Below, piece after piece: positions 31,307-41,899 of a stretch of DNA of 64,000 nucleotides (within the stretch, counting starts at the first letter, position 1; the number at the start of each line of letters is the position of its first letter). Under the pieces are notes generated by a model. It did no database searches, was not told the origin of the DNA, and worked only from the letters and a program-made list of their open reading frames with translations. This DNA is from an uncultured Nitrososphaerota archaeon (GTDB lineage: Archaea > Thermoproteota > Nitrososphaeria > Nitrososphaerales > CADDZS01): positions 32,001 to 96,000 of the forward strand of contig CAWCYI010000004.1 in the NCBI GenBank assembly GCA_963799845.1, given 5' to 3'. Position numbers and translations under genes: made by a program.

Positions 31307-32620
31307 TTGATTCGCACGAATTATGTCAATGAGCTTCTCTCTAACATCGGGAAGAACGTCGTCATTGCAGGATGGGTCGAGAACGTCAAGGAACTTCCCA
31401 ATTTGCGCTTCGTCATAATTAGGGATCGAACGGGTCTCGCTCAAGTCACTCTGCACAAGAAAAATTCCCCGCACGAGCTTCTTTCCCTTAGTGAGAAACT
31501 GAATCTCCAAGACGTCATCGCAGTCGAAGGACTCGTGCCCGAGAAACAGATTGCGAAGATCGGTCCCGAGCTGAATCCCACTTCGATCACGGTTCTCAAT
31601 CGATCTGATACTCCGCTTCCGATCGATATTACGGGAACGGTCGAAACCCAGCTTGATCTCAGGCTGGATTGGCGTGTTCTTGACCTGCGGAATCCAAGGA
31701 ACCTGGCCATCATGAAAATTGAATCGAAATTCATGGAAGCAGCCGAGGAGTACCTGCGGAATCATGGATTCATCCAGGTCTCAACCCCGGCAATTCTTGG
31801 CGGATCAAGCGAGGGAGGATCAGAGGTTTTCAAGATCGATTACTTTGGGAACCCTGCATTCCTGAGGCAGGATCCTCAGCTTCACAGGCAGCTCGCGATA
31901 GCAGGTGGACTGGACAAAATTTACGATCTGGGCCCTAGCTGGAGAGCAGAGCTGTCGCATACCCCTCAACACCTTTGCGAACACCATACCTTTGCGGTCG
32001 AAATCGGCTTCTTGAAAGATGAGCTTGACACCGAGCGAGTCGAAGAAGATCTTGTGTCGCATACTCTTGGAAAGCTATCCGAGACGGCGAAAGAGGAGCT
32101 GGAACTTTTAGGTGTGAAACTTGAGAAGCCCAGCACTCCATTTCCTGAAATTAGGTTCCCCGAAGTATACGACATTTTGAGAGAGTACGGCAAGATCATC
32201 CCATTCGGAGAAGAGCCTAATCGAGAGGGAGAAGCCATACTCGCGAAGCATGTAAAGGAAAAGACAAAATCAGATTTCTTCTTTGAGAACAGGTTTCCGT
32301 TCAACGTGAAGCCGTTCTATGTCATGCGTGATGATGCCGATCCGAGGTGGGCGAGAAGTGTTGACCTCGTTTACAAAGGCTTGGAACTCTCGTCAGGTGG
32401 CCAAAGGGAACACCGACATGCCAAGTTGATGGAACAGGTGAAGATCAAGGGCCTGGACGAATCCCAGATATCTTGGTTTACTGAAAACTTCCGCTACGGG
32501 GTACCGCCCCACGGCGGTTTTGCTCTCGGAGTTGAACGGACAATCATGCAGACGCTAGGGATTGAAAATATCCGGGAAGTATGCCTGTTCCCGAGAACGC
32601 CTGAAAGACTAAAGCCCTAG
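31307..32620 (+). CDS. aspS: Aspartyl-tRNA synthetase (archaeal type)
   Basis: OB-fold GWV..RDRTG, motif 2 WRAE, SGGQREH, PPHGGFALGVER. Confidence 0.93.
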   Translation: MIRTNYVNELLSNIGKNVVIAGWVENVKELPNLRFVIIRDRTGLAQVTLHKKNSPHELLSLSEKLNLQDVIAVEGLVPEKQIAKIGPELNPTSITVLNRSDTPLPIDITGTVETQLDLRLDWRVLDLRNPRNLAIMKIESKFMEAAEEYLRNHGFIQVSTPAILGGSSEGGSEVFKIDYFGNPAFLRQDPQLHRQLAIAGGLDKIYDLGPSWRAELSHTPQHLCEHHTFAVEIGFLKDELDTERVEEDLVSHTLGKLSETAKEELELLGVKLEKPSTPFPEIRFPEVYDILREYGKIIPFGEEPNREGEAILAKHVKEKTKSDFFFENRFPFNVKPFYVMRDDADPRWARSVDLVYKGLELSSGGQREHRHAKLMEQVKIKGLDESQISWFTENFRYGVPPHGGFALGVERTIMQTLGIENIREVCLFPRTPERLKP

Positions 32621-33879
32621 AGCGCCTTGAAGTTCTCAGCCCATTCCGCGTAAGCTTTCAACATTTGCGGTGAAACGCTGGGTTTTCTCAACTTCAGGAC
32701 TTCCTTAAAGTCGTTGACATCGATTGCCCTCGGCTGGACTTCTTTGTTCTCAGACCCCGCCTCTTCAAAAAGCTCCCCGACAACTCTCAGCTGAACCGAT
32801 TGGCATATGTCTCTGATGTCGGATCCGGAGTAACCATCGGTCATTCTTGAAAGGTCATCGATCCTCAATTCGCTATCTGTCTTGAGTGGCGTTGTATACT
32901 GCCTGAGCATTTGAGTTCTCGCTCGGATGTCCGGCAGCGGGACGTAAATCCTCTTCTGGAAACGTCTGAGGAAAGGCCAATCAAGCGCCCAGGGCTTGTT
33001 CGTTGCGCCGATGACATAGAGATGGATGTGCTTCCCCTTATCCGAGATTCCGTCCATCTCTTTCAGGAACTGGTTTCGGACTCGCACCTCTCCGCCGACC
33101 TCGTTAGACCTAGATCCTAAAATCGAGTCAAGCTCGTCGATGAAGACTATTACGGACTTTGCATCCTTTTCCAACAATTTGCGAGCAGAATTGAACAGCT
33201 TTGCTACGTTCTTTTCGCCCTCTCCAAGCCACTTTGACATTATTGAGGCGGCATCGACGGTGATAAAATAACTGTCAATCTCAGATGCAGTTGCGGCAGC
33301 AAGCAGGGTTTTACCGCATCCGGGCGGCCCGTACATCAATAATCCTCGGGGCCATCCGAGAGGAAATAGATCGGGTCTTTGAACAGGAAAAATAATTGAT
33401 TCCCTCAAAGCTTTCTTTGAATCTTCGAGCCCGACTACTTCGTCCCAACGGACGTTTGGTTTCTCTTTCATTATGAGGTCGTTATAGTTGGCCTTCAGTT
33501 GCTGGACGACCTGCGGGGATGATCCTCTGTCGTCTACCGGGGACGCAGGAGGGGAAGGAGTTGTGCCCTTAGGAGAATATCCTGATCTAGTCGGCGGAGT
33601 GAATGTGAATCCCGAAGACATGTCGTCCTCGGCCGGGGGCTCTATTCCGTGCGCCGATTGAAGCGCCTTTACTCTTTCCTGGTAAAGCTGGGCTCTCTGC
33701 AAATACATGCTGTTGAGTTTGTAATCGGGATAAAGTTGGGCGAGCTGTACTAGAGTCTGAATAGCGTTCTGGTAGTTCTTTATGGCCATTCCTCGAGCGC
33801 CCTGGGAGTCAAACCGAATAGCCTCCGAAGCGTACTTCTGGGCCGCTCCCTCCAAGACCTTAGCAGCGTTGTCGCTCAA
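32617..33879 (-). CDS. cdvC: Vps4-like AAA+ ATPase with MIT domain
   Basis: N-terminal MIT, GPPGCGKT, SKWLGE, FIDELD, adjacent to ESCRT-III genes. Confidence 0.93.
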   Translation of the reverse strand: MSDNAAKVLEGAAQKYASEAIRFDSQGARGMAIKNYQNAIQTLVQLAQLYPDYKLNSMYLQRAQLYQERVKALQSAHGIEPPAEDDMSSGFTFTPPTRSGYSPKGTTPSPPASPVDDRGSSPQVVQQLKANYNDLIMKEKPNVRWDEVVGLEDSKKALRESIIFPVQRPDLFPLGWPRGLLMYGPPGCGKTLLAAATASEIDSYFITVDAASIMSKWLGEGEKNVAKLFNSARKLLEKDAKSVIVFIDELDSILGSRSNEVGGEVRVRNQFLKEMDGISDKGKHIHLYVIGATNKPWALDWPFLRRFQKRIYVPLPDIRARTQMLRQYTTPLKTDSELRIDDLSRMTDGYSGSDIRDICQSVQLRVVGELFEEAGSENKEVQPRAIDVNDFKEVLKLRKPSVSPQMLKAYAEWAENFKAL

Positions 33880-33949
33880 CAGTTAGACTCCCCATTATTC
33901 TTTACAACCGATTTCGAATAACCCATTTCAAAAATCAACCAAGAATTCA

Positions 33950-34846
33950 CTAATTTCCAGTCTGTCTCGTACTGTTAGAATGACTGAAGAACCGCTTGTC
34001 TGACAAGACTTTGATGTATGCTTGTTCAACAAGATCGACAGGGAGATTGAGTTGAGCTGACGCATCAGCTGCGTCAAATTTCGAACCGGTGGACTGGCTG
34101 ATGTACTTTCTTAGCGCGCTCTCAGGGTCCCTCTGTGAAACGCGCTCGAAACTGGTTCCTGATGAAATCAATTCTGGTTTGAACTCGTCCTCGCTTTCTT
34201 CCCCCTGATCATCACTGCCAGTTTCAAGCAATGCAATTCTTTTTGATTTTTCGAAAATGGACTCCTCGGTTGCTGTTTCTCTAAGTGATCTGGGCAGATT
34301 TTCCAGCTCCGACGTGCGATCTCCAATCAAGCGTTGAGCCTTTTCAAAGATGTCGTTGGGTGTGTCGGTCAGAGAAATATTCACATTCGGGGAAACCATT
34401 CTTAATTCCGTTAGGATATCCGAGAACGAGCCGTTAATCTCCGAGGCGGCCATCTCGATGTTTGGAGCAAACTCCGAAACTGATTTTCCAATCTTCTTGA
34501 CTGACTTGAAAGTATTCGAAAGAACCGACATAATGTCTCCGACATCCCGGATCGTCTCCAGTCTCACACTTATGTGAAGCAATGCGAGCTCTGATGCAAT
34601 AACCACCCTGATAATTTTTTGAAGCTCCCCGTGTTCTCCTTCAAGGACCCGTGCCCTCGTTTCATCATTTCTTTCGATTGCTCTAATTGTCGCATCGAAC
34701 ATTACCTTCCTTCTTTCTTCGAGCCTGAACTTCAACTGTTCAAGCTCTTTGCGTTGGCTATCGATCTGTCTAAGCGAGGAGTTTATCTTGTCTTTGAGGC
34801 CTCTGTCATTGTCACTCGAAGAAAAAACGCCCAAGGAAGGAGCCAA
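33950..34846 (-). CDS. ESCRT-III (CdvB paralog) with C-terminal winged-helix-like domain
   Basis: Snf7-like core (LALLHISVRLETIRDVGD), acidic linker, C-terminal ALRKYI...ASAQLNLPVDLVEQ. Confidence 0.8.
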   Translation of the reverse strand: MAPSLGVFSSSDNDRGLKDKINSSLRQIDSQRKELEQLKFRLEERRKVMFDATIRAIERNDETRARVLEGEHGELQKIIRVVIASELALLHISVRLETIRDVGDIMSVLSNTFKSVKKIGKSVSEFAPNIEMAASEINGSFSDILTELRMVSPNVNISLTDTPNDIFEKAQRLIGDRTSELENLPRSLRETATEESIFEKSKRIALLETGSDDQGEESEDEFKPELISSGTSFERVSQRDPESALRKYISQSTGSKFDAADASAQLNLPVDLVEQAYIKVLSDKRFFSHSNSTRQTGN

Positions 34847-35156
34847 TTAACAAAAACTCCACACTTTCATGTTCTTTTGTTCTCGGTCATCTCTGGGATC
34901 TTTTAGCTAAGGCAAGCCATCCAGTTAGTAAGTGAGGGACGTCGAATGTCACCTCGAACAAAGGCGAAGAGAGCTTCCGCCTCAGCTGGAAACAATCTAT
35001 TTGCCTTGATCTTTCATCAAGTTCCTGGAACATTAATTTAATATCTGGTTCGTCCGGAAGTTTTCTCCAAATCCTTGCATTGAAAATGAGAAAAAAGAAA
35101 GAGAGAATCTGCGCTTTTTGGGCACAGATTGCTCTCGTTTTTTGGTTCCCACTATC

Positions 35157-35801
35157 TTACGAGAAACCTGCTGCCTCTGACCCTGTGGGGACTGAGGATG
35201 GCAGATCTGGGAATTTGTCGCGCATTCTCTGCTCAGCGACCGCGCCGGCTTCAGACAAGATCTTGTCTGCTTCTTCGTTCGCAGACTCGAAGTTGATTAC
35301 GCCTGCACCTAGTTGTCCTGCATCGACGAGGATGCTGCTGAGTAGTCCAGAAATCTCCCCGATTTCGGCCTCTGCCTCGGGAATCACGCTCACTAGACCT
35401 GATCTGACGTTTCGTATAACGCCCATCGCAGGTGATAGTGTTACGACGATGTCGCCGAGTTCTTGAACGGTGTTGAGTCTCAGTGTTATCTGTTCCAGAG
35501 CAAGCTTTGCCTGAGTCACAAGCTTGTTCATTTTTCGGACTTCTGATAGTTCGTTCGCAAGAATGTTAGCGTGCTGAGTATCGTGCTTCTGAATTGCCGC
35601 GACGACCTTGTTGAAGATCGACGAGTCTCTTTCTCTTAGCTTTGCAGAAGTAGCATCTAGTTTAGCGATCTGCACTTGTATCTGTCGTCCGGCCTGCTCA
35701 AGACGTGGTTTGAGTGGTCCCGGTGATTTTATTGTATCTCTGACACGAGAGCTTAGGCCCTCGGACGAGGATTTCTGCCATTTGGACGAAAACTGTGACA
35801 T
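35157..35801 (-). CDS. cdvB: ESCRT-III / Snf7 family protein
   Basis: LANELSEVRK, LEQITLRLNTV, EADKILSEA, FPDLP; probable ATG at 35801. Confidence 0.9.
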   Translation of the reverse strand: MSQFSSKWQKSSSEGLSSRVRDTIKSPGPLKPRLEQAGRQIQVQIAKLDATSAKLRERDSSIFNKVVAAIQKHDTQHANILANELSEVRKMNKLVTQAKLALEQITLRLNTVQELGDIVVTLSPAMGVIRNVRSGLVSVIPEAEAEIGEISGLLSSILVDAGQLGAGVINFESANEEADKILSEAGAVAEQRMRDKFPDLPSSVPTGSEAAGFS

Positions 35802-36131
35802 TCGGTTTGCACCAGAATACCCACCTGCGTTGATCAACGATAACGGTCTGGGTAAAATAGCGTTCACTTTGCGCTAAAAATTATCAACTAGTTTTGACCA
35901 GGCACAAATCACATCTCATTAGTCCTGCCATATCCCATCTCACAAAACTTCTAAATATGCCGGGGGAACCTTCTGTTTTCGGTAACAAGTTTGGGTGACT
36001 ACCAAATCCGTCGGCGCTTTCCATAAGTCGACTGGCACGAATTTTTCATCTCCTCAGTTTCAAACTTTGCATGCGGATATTATGTCAGACAATCGTGTAA
36101 TCTCAATAACCACGGGAGGTCGGCACACATT

Positions 36132-39100
36132 TTGACAATGGTATCTTCTGAGAAGGTACAGCCTATTCTCTCAAGCTCCTACAACGGAAAGCTGATCGAA
36201 GATGAGATTCGTCAGAGATGGAAGAATGAGAATCTTCGAGAGAAAATTCATCAAAAATTTTCGAAAAAACGACCGAAAGAGGTAGGTTACGTAGACGGCC
36301 CTCCCACTCTCAATGGGGAACCGCACATGGGCCATCTTAGAGGCCGTGTGATGAAAGACCTCTGGTACCGTTTTGAGACCATACGAGGATTATACATAGA
36401 TTTCAAAGGGGGCTGGGACTGCCAGGGGCTCCCTGTAGAACTACAAGCTGAGAAAGAACTTGGGCTTACGGGAAACAAGACGAGCAATCTCAAGGCGATA
36501 GGTGAAGAAACTCTAGTCGAAGCCTGCAAAAAGATGGTGATTCGTTATCATTCGATATGGAGAGATTCGGATGAAAAAATTGGCTTGATGATCGACGATG
36601 AGAAAGCTTACTGGACTTATCGTGATCAATACATCGAAAGAGAGTGGCACATTCTAAAGTCCGCGTGGCAGAACGGTATTCTGTCAGAGGGATATCGCGT
36701 CACTCCATTCTGCCCCAGCTGCCAGACATCGCTGAGCGCGGGCGAGGTAGCGCTAGGCGGATACGAAAACTTGGAAGATCCGTCCATGTACTTCAAAATG
36801 AGGATTCGTGGGGAGGATTCTACCTTCCTTGTGGCGTGGACTACAATGCCATTTACTGTAATTACCGACGAGCTTGTAGGGGTAAAGCCCGAGTCTGATT
36901 ACTGCTTCGTAAGCGTTCCCGCGCCGAATGGAACTCGGGAGACTTGGATTGTCGGAGCCGATCGCCTCGAAGGATTGATGAAGGAGCTTCGGATTCAGAG
37001 CTTCGAAGTATCGAAGAAGGTTAAGGGGAGCGAGCTCGAGGGAAAAAGATACGACTATCCGCTCACAGATCTGGTCCCGGAACAAGGGAGGATAGATTCT
37101 GAAAACGATCTCGTACACTCGATAGTTGCCGAGGAGTTTGTAGATGTCACTACTGGTTCCGGCCTCGTTCACATGGCCCCGGCTAACGGCGAGGATGATT
37201 TTGAAGTATCGCAGAGAAGACATATTCCGATTTTCAATCCTATAGATGACCAGGCAGTTTTCACGGAAAAGGCAGGAGCTTTTTCCGGCCTATTCGTTCG
37301 CGATTCTGACCAAAAAGTCGGAGACGCCCTGAAAGAAAGGGGATCTCTCTTGCGATATGGAAAATTGAAGCATGAGTATCCGGTCTGCTGGCGTTCCGGA
37401 CACAGACTGGTGTGGCTTGCAAGGCGGGAGTACTTTTACTTCGTTGATAGACTGAAGAACCTCGCCGTCGATGGTGCAAGCAACGTCGAGTATTATTACG
37501 ATCCACCTCGAAACAGGTTCATCGAAATAGTGAAGGAAAAAAGGGCTTGGTGCATTTCACGAGAAAGAGTCTGGGGGACGCCGCTCCCCGTCTGGAAGTG
37601 CGATAATTGCTCCGATAAATTAGGGCTGTTCTCCCGCGAAGATATAGTTCAGCGCGCTAAATCGCTTCCTGATGGCCCTAATTTTGAGCTTCACAGGCCG
37701 TGGGTCGATCGGATAATTGTGGCATGTCCAAAGTGCGGCGGCGACATGAGGAGAGAGCCTTTTGTCCTGGACACTTGGCACAACAGCGGAGCCGCTCCGT
37801 ATGCGGCTCACACCGACAAGGAGTATCACGATTACGTGCCCATGCCCTTCCTCACCGAGGGGATAGACCAAACAAGGGGCTGGGCGTACAGCCTTCTGAT
37901 CGAAAACGTGATCTTGTCAATGAAAGCACAATCTCCTTACGATGCATTTCTCTTCATGGGGCACGTCCTAGACGAAAATGGAGAGAAACTCAGCAAGAGC
38001 AAGGGAAACTTTGTTCCGGTTCGTGAGCTGCTCGATGCAAATTCAGTTGATCTGATTAGATTATATTTGAACTGGAAGGCAAGCCCGATAGACTCAATAA
38101 ACTTCAGCAGAGCAGAGATGCTTACAAGACCTTATCAGATTCTCAGTACGCTTTACCACATGCACGTGTTCTATCTGCAGAACGCCAGTTTTGACGGGTT
38201 TTCATTTTCATTCGATGAATCCATGAAGCGCTTGGAAAAAGCTGACGAATCCGTCTTCAAAAAACAGGATAAGTGGCTGCTCTCAAAACTCGGCCTCTTG
38301 ATCGACGATTGTACAGAAGCTTATGCCGAGGCCCAGTATCATGAAGCAGCGAGAGGGATCGAAAATTTTCTGATAGACCTCCTGAGCCAGACCTACGTCC
38401 CGATCGTTCGCGGAGAGATGTGGGAGGAGAACGAGGAAAGCAGGAACCGACGGCAGATCATTTACTCCGTCCTCGGGATCGTTCTGTATCAGGTTGATCT
38501 AATGCTTCATCCGATATCTCCCTTTGTTACCGATTATCTGGCTGCCAAATGTTTCGATGTAGATTATCTTCTTTTGAAAGAGTGGCCCCAGTCAGAGGCA
38601 AGATTCCGAAACAACCGACTCGAATCGGAATTTGACGTTTTATCCAAACTAGTGTCTCTCACAAATTCCGCAAGGATGAAGGCGAAAGTAAAGAGGCGGT
38701 GGCCGCTCAGTAAGGCAATCTACCTGATGGCAGAACCAGAAAGCGAACTCGTAGTTTCGAACAAGAAATTGCTTCTCGAGCAGGTCAATCTGGTCGATGT
38801 CGAATTTGAAACCGACCCCAAGAGAACGCCGATCAAGGTTTCTGTCAAGCCAAACTATCAACTCGTCGCGCCGAAGGTCAAAAGCAGAATGAACGAGCTT
38901 TCGTCCAAGCTTGCGGCTACCGACGCTGCATGGCTTTTCAATCAGATTTCGGAAGAGGGAAAGGCAAGGCTTCCTGAAATGCCCGATTTCGATTTGACGG
39001 AATCCGATGTTATTTTTGAGTTCTCGGCGGCGGATCCCAAGTTTGTAGTTGCCGAGAATTTTGGAATCGTGGTCGCTCTTGACACTTCCCGCGATGATGA

Positions 39101-39371
39101 CCTCATAGCCCAGGGAATCCTCAGAGACTTGGCGAGAAACCTGCAGTCACTTCGGAAGCAGAAGGGATTCAATCCCACCGATGTTTTGGATTCTGCAAAG
39201 ATAGCTGGCTTGGGAGAACAGACGGTTCAGCTGATTAAATCCAAGACCGACGAGCTTGCATTCCTAGTGAGGGTAAAGAAGGTCGAACTTTCTCCAGAAC
39301 TCCCTGCTGAAAGTGAAGGATGGACGAAAGCAGAGATAGACGGCGCGGAAATCAGAATAGACATTTCTTAG
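36132..39371 (+). CDS. ileS: Isoleucyl-tRNA synthetase
   Basis: DGPP..HMGH, GWDCQGLP, WTTMP, WCISR, EGIDQTRGW, KLSKS. Confidence 0.96.
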   Translation: MTMVSSEKVQPILSSSYNGKLIEDEIRQRWKNENLREKIHQKFSKKRPKEVGYVDGPPTLNGEPHMGHLRGRVMKDLWYRFETIRGLYIDFKGGWDCQGLPVELQAEKELGLTGNKTSNLKAIGEETLVEACKKMVIRYHSIWRDSDEKIGLMIDDEKAYWTYRDQYIEREWHILKSAWQNGILSEGYRVTPFCPSCQTSLSAGEVALGGYENLEDPSMYFKMRIRGEDSTFLVAWTTMPFTVITDELVGVKPESDYCFVSVPAPNGTRETWIVGADRLEGLMKELRIQSFEVSKKVKGSELEGKRYDYPLTDLVPEQGRIDSENDLVHSIVAEEFVDVTTGSGLVHMAPANGEDDFEVSQRRHIPIFNPIDDQAVFTEKAGAFSGLFVRDSDQKVGDALKERGSLLRYGKLKHEYPVCWRSGHRLVWLARREYFYFVDRLKNLAVDGASNVEYYYDPPRNRFIEIVKEKRAWCISRERVWGTPLPVWKCDNCSDKLGLFSREDIVQRAKSLPDGPNFELHRPWVDRIIVACPKCGGDMRREPFVLDTWHNSGAAPYAAHTDKEYHDYVPMPFLTEGIDQTRGWAYSLLIENVILSMKAQSPYDAFLFMGHVLDENGEKLSKSKGNFVPVRELLDANSVDLIRLYLNWKASPIDSINFSRAEMLTRPYQILSTLYHMHVFYLQNASFDGFSFSFDESMKRLEKADESVFKKQDKWLLSKLGLLIDDCTEAYAEAQYHEAARGIENFLIDLLSQTYVPIVRGEMWEENEESRNRRQIIYSVLGIVLYQVDLMLHPISPFVTDYLAAKCFDVDYLLLKEWPQSEARFRNNRLESEFDVLSKLVSLTNSARMKAKVKRRWPLSKAIYLMAEPESELVVSNKKLLLEQVNLVDVEFETDPKRTPIKVSVKPNYQLVAPKVKSRMNELSSKLAATDAAWLFNQISEEGKARLPEMPDFDLTESDVIFEFSAADPKFVVAENFGIVVALDTSRDDDLIAQGILRDLARNLQSLRKQKGFNPTDVLDSAKIAGLGEQTVQLIKSKTDELAFLVRVKKVELSPELPAESEGWTKAEIDGAEIRIDIS

Positions 39372-39380
39372 AGCTCGGGT

Positions 39381-40421
39381 TTAGGCATAGCTCGCTAGAG
39401 TGCTCTGTTCAATACCTTCAAGCGGCTCAGCGTCAAATCCCAGAAACTTCAAGTGCTCTGCGAACTCGGCCGCAAATCCGTGGACAGTGTAGATTTTTGA
39501 CGGGTCGCAATACTTCGCGAGCTGTACGAGTTCATTAAAATCACAGTGATCGCTCAGATCGAACGCATAATCTACGCCCATCATGTAGCCGTACCGCGGT
39601 TCCACAGCCCATCCTGTGAAAGCGATCACCACTGCCCCGTAATTTTCTCTCATTGATTTGATGAATTGAGATCTTCCAGATGATGCAGGCGAAATGATGA
39701 TCCACGGACGCCTTTGAAGTAGAAAGCTTTGCTTGCCAACGCTTCCGCAAAAGTTATGCCTTGGTATCTCCACTCCGAGATCAATGTGAGCCTCATTCAT
39801 CTTGTGCACCGATTCGTGGAGATATACCGGCTCCCAGTTTCTAAAAAGATACGTGATCAGCTGCGCCTTACCCAGCGGGTACCCAGTTAATACCACGGGG
39901 CGGCATCTATCGAAACAATCTGCGATCAACCTGTTGACCCTGGATACTATCTTAGCTGTCTCGTTGAAGACATATCTCGGATGGCCGTAAGTAGTTTCCA
40001 TGATGAGCGTGTCGCATTTGACACCTGGAGACCCTTTGAGGAACCCCCGATCCCGCGTCGAAAAGTCTCCAGTGTAAAACACGCTGTCTTCTACCAGAAT
40101 TGCCCTCGAACCCAAAATATGACCAGCGTCTGTCAGGTCAATCCCAGCTAGGCTGTCTACGGCTTCCTTGAGATCGTACCCGCGTGCCCTTGCTAGCGTA
40201 ACGGTCTCGTTGCTTGCAATCAGCTTGGATTTACCATCAGGAGTATGAACGTGGTCTATGTGAGCATGGGAAACGAAAGAATAATCGGCCTTTGAAGCAC
40301 GTCTGGGGTCGAGTGCGATGCTTTTGGAAGATGTTCGAACAAGAATTCCTCCTCTGTGAGTTACTGAGATCTTTTTCCCAGAACGAGATCTGATTGTGGT
40401 TTCCGTTCTTTGTTCCCTCAT
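39381..40421 (-). CDS. MBL-fold beta-CASP nuclease
   Basis: SHAHIDH, AGHILGS, YTGD, ETTYG, LSDHCD, VHG; probable ATG at 40421. Confidence 0.85.
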   Translation of the reverse strand: MREQRTETTIRSRSGKKISVTHRGGILVRTSSKSIALDPRRASKADYSFVSHAHIDHVHTPDGKSKLIASNETVTLARARGYDLKEAVDSLAGIDLTDAGHILGSRAILVEDSVFYTGDFSTRDRGFLKGSPGVKCDTLIMETTYGHPRYVFNETAKIVSRVNRLIADCFDRCRPVVLTGYPLGKAQLITYLFRNWEPVYLHESVHKMNEAHIDLGVEIPRHNFCGSVGKQSFLLQRRPWIIISPASSGRSQFIKSMRENYGAVVIAFTGWAVEPRYGYMMGVDYAFDLSDHCDFNELVQLAKYCDPSKIYTVHGFAAEFAEHLKFLGFDAEPLEGIEQSTLASYA

Positions 40422-40586
40422 TTTCGAGCCTCCAAGACGTCGATTTGATGCGTCGAACCGCAAAACTCGCCGCTTGCGAGTCGCAAGAGCAAGCGAAACT
40501 TGCCTCTTAAACATGTTGGCCTTTTTTCGACCGATCGATAGCTAATGATTTTATCGAAGATTGAAAAGTTGTTCTTTCAATAGAAA

Positions 40587-41825
40587 ATGCCACTCGTAAG
40601 AATCGGTCTGATCGGAAAGACCAACACTGGAAAAACTACGTTCTACAACTCGGCGACTGCCCAGAGCGCTGAGGTGAGCAACTATGCTTTCACTACAAAG
40701 ACTCCAAACACCGGCGTGGGTCATGCTGCAACATTGTGCGTTCACAGGGAACTTGGAACCAAAACAGACAATCCGAGAAATTCTGTTTGTATTGATGGCT
40801 GGAGGATTATCCCGATTGAAATTATCGACCTCCCTGGTTTGATCAAAGGCGCGTGGCAGGGTCGAGGCCTCGGGAATCAATTTCTCTCGGTTGCCGCGCA
40901 ATCCGATGCTTTGCTTCACATAGTCGATGCTTCGGGCTCGATAGATGCAGACGGGAAAATTTCCAGCCCGGGAGTCGGCGATCCGGTAGCTGACATTGCC
41001 GACATCGAAGAGGAGCTTGCGATGTGGTATCTCAAAATCCTTGACAACAGTTTCGACAAGATCGTTCGCACGATGAAGGGTTCTCCAATGTCGGATTTTG
41101 GCGAGACGGTCAGCGAGCTGATGCAAGGAGTCGGCGTCAAGAGATCTCACGTAATTGAAGCCCTTGGCAGGCAAAAGCTGTACGGCGAGGAGGCAGAAAG
41201 GTGGACTGACGACCAGAGAAGAGAATTTGCGTGGACTCTGAGAGAAGTCTCGAAGCCCACCTTGATAGTTGCAAACAAGATGGACGTGCCGGAAGCAACG
41301 AAAAACTTTGAGAAAATCAGGGAGAGTTATCACGACATGATAGTAGTTCCGGCGAGTGCTGAGTCTGAACTCACCCTCAGGAGGGCAGAGCAGAGCGGGG
41401 CGATACGATACCTTCCGGGAGAGGAACGATTCGACCTTGTAAAGGACGCGAAACTCACGGACAAGCAGCAGTGGGCCCTCTCTCACATCAGCAAAGCGAT
41501 CCTCGGGGAATACATGAGGACAGGAGTACAATTTGCCCTGAACGTAGCTGTATTCAAGCTGCTGAGAATGAACGCAGTATACCCGGTCTCCGATCCGACA
41601 AAATTCTCAGACAATTCGGGTAACATCCTGCCGGATGTCTTCCTGATGCAAAGCGGGTCAACGGTGACTGATCTCGCGCACTCGATCCACTCCGACCTAG
41701 CACGAGGTCTGATTTATGCAGTGGATGCCCGGACTGGTCTGAGACTGCCGGTTGATTATCAGCTGAAAGATCGTGATGTTCTGTCAATCGTTTCAGCCAC
41801 CAAGAAATCAGAGAACAGGAAGTAG
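40587..41825 (+). CDS. ychF: Obg-family ATPase/GTPase YchF with TGS domain
   Basis: GKTNTGKT, YAFTT, DLPGL, NKMD, C-terminal TGS. Confidence 0.92.
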   Translation: MPLVRIGLIGKTNTGKTTFYNSATAQSAEVSNYAFTTKTPNTGVGHAATLCVHRELGTKTDNPRNSVCIDGWRIIPIEIIDLPGLIKGAWQGRGLGNQFLSVAAQSDALLHIVDASGSIDADGKISSPGVGDPVADIADIEEELAMWYLKILDNSFDKIVRTMKGSPMSDFGETVSELMQGVGVKRSHVIEALGRQKLYGEEAERWTDDQRREFAWTLREVSKPTLIVANKMDVPEATKNFEKIRESYHDMIVVPASAESELTLRRAEQSGAIRYLPGEERFDLVKDAKLTDKQQWALSHISKAILGEYMRTGVQFALNVAVFKLLRMNAVYPVSDPTKFSDNSGNILPDVFLMQSGSTVTDLAHSIHSDLARGLIYAVDARTGLRLPVDYQLKDRDVLSIVSATKKSENRK

Positions 41826-41899
41826 CTTCTCAAGAAAGATCGTTCATGTTGAACGTGTGATCCTGAAGAATTCCTGATCATCATGGAAGGATTGCCTAA

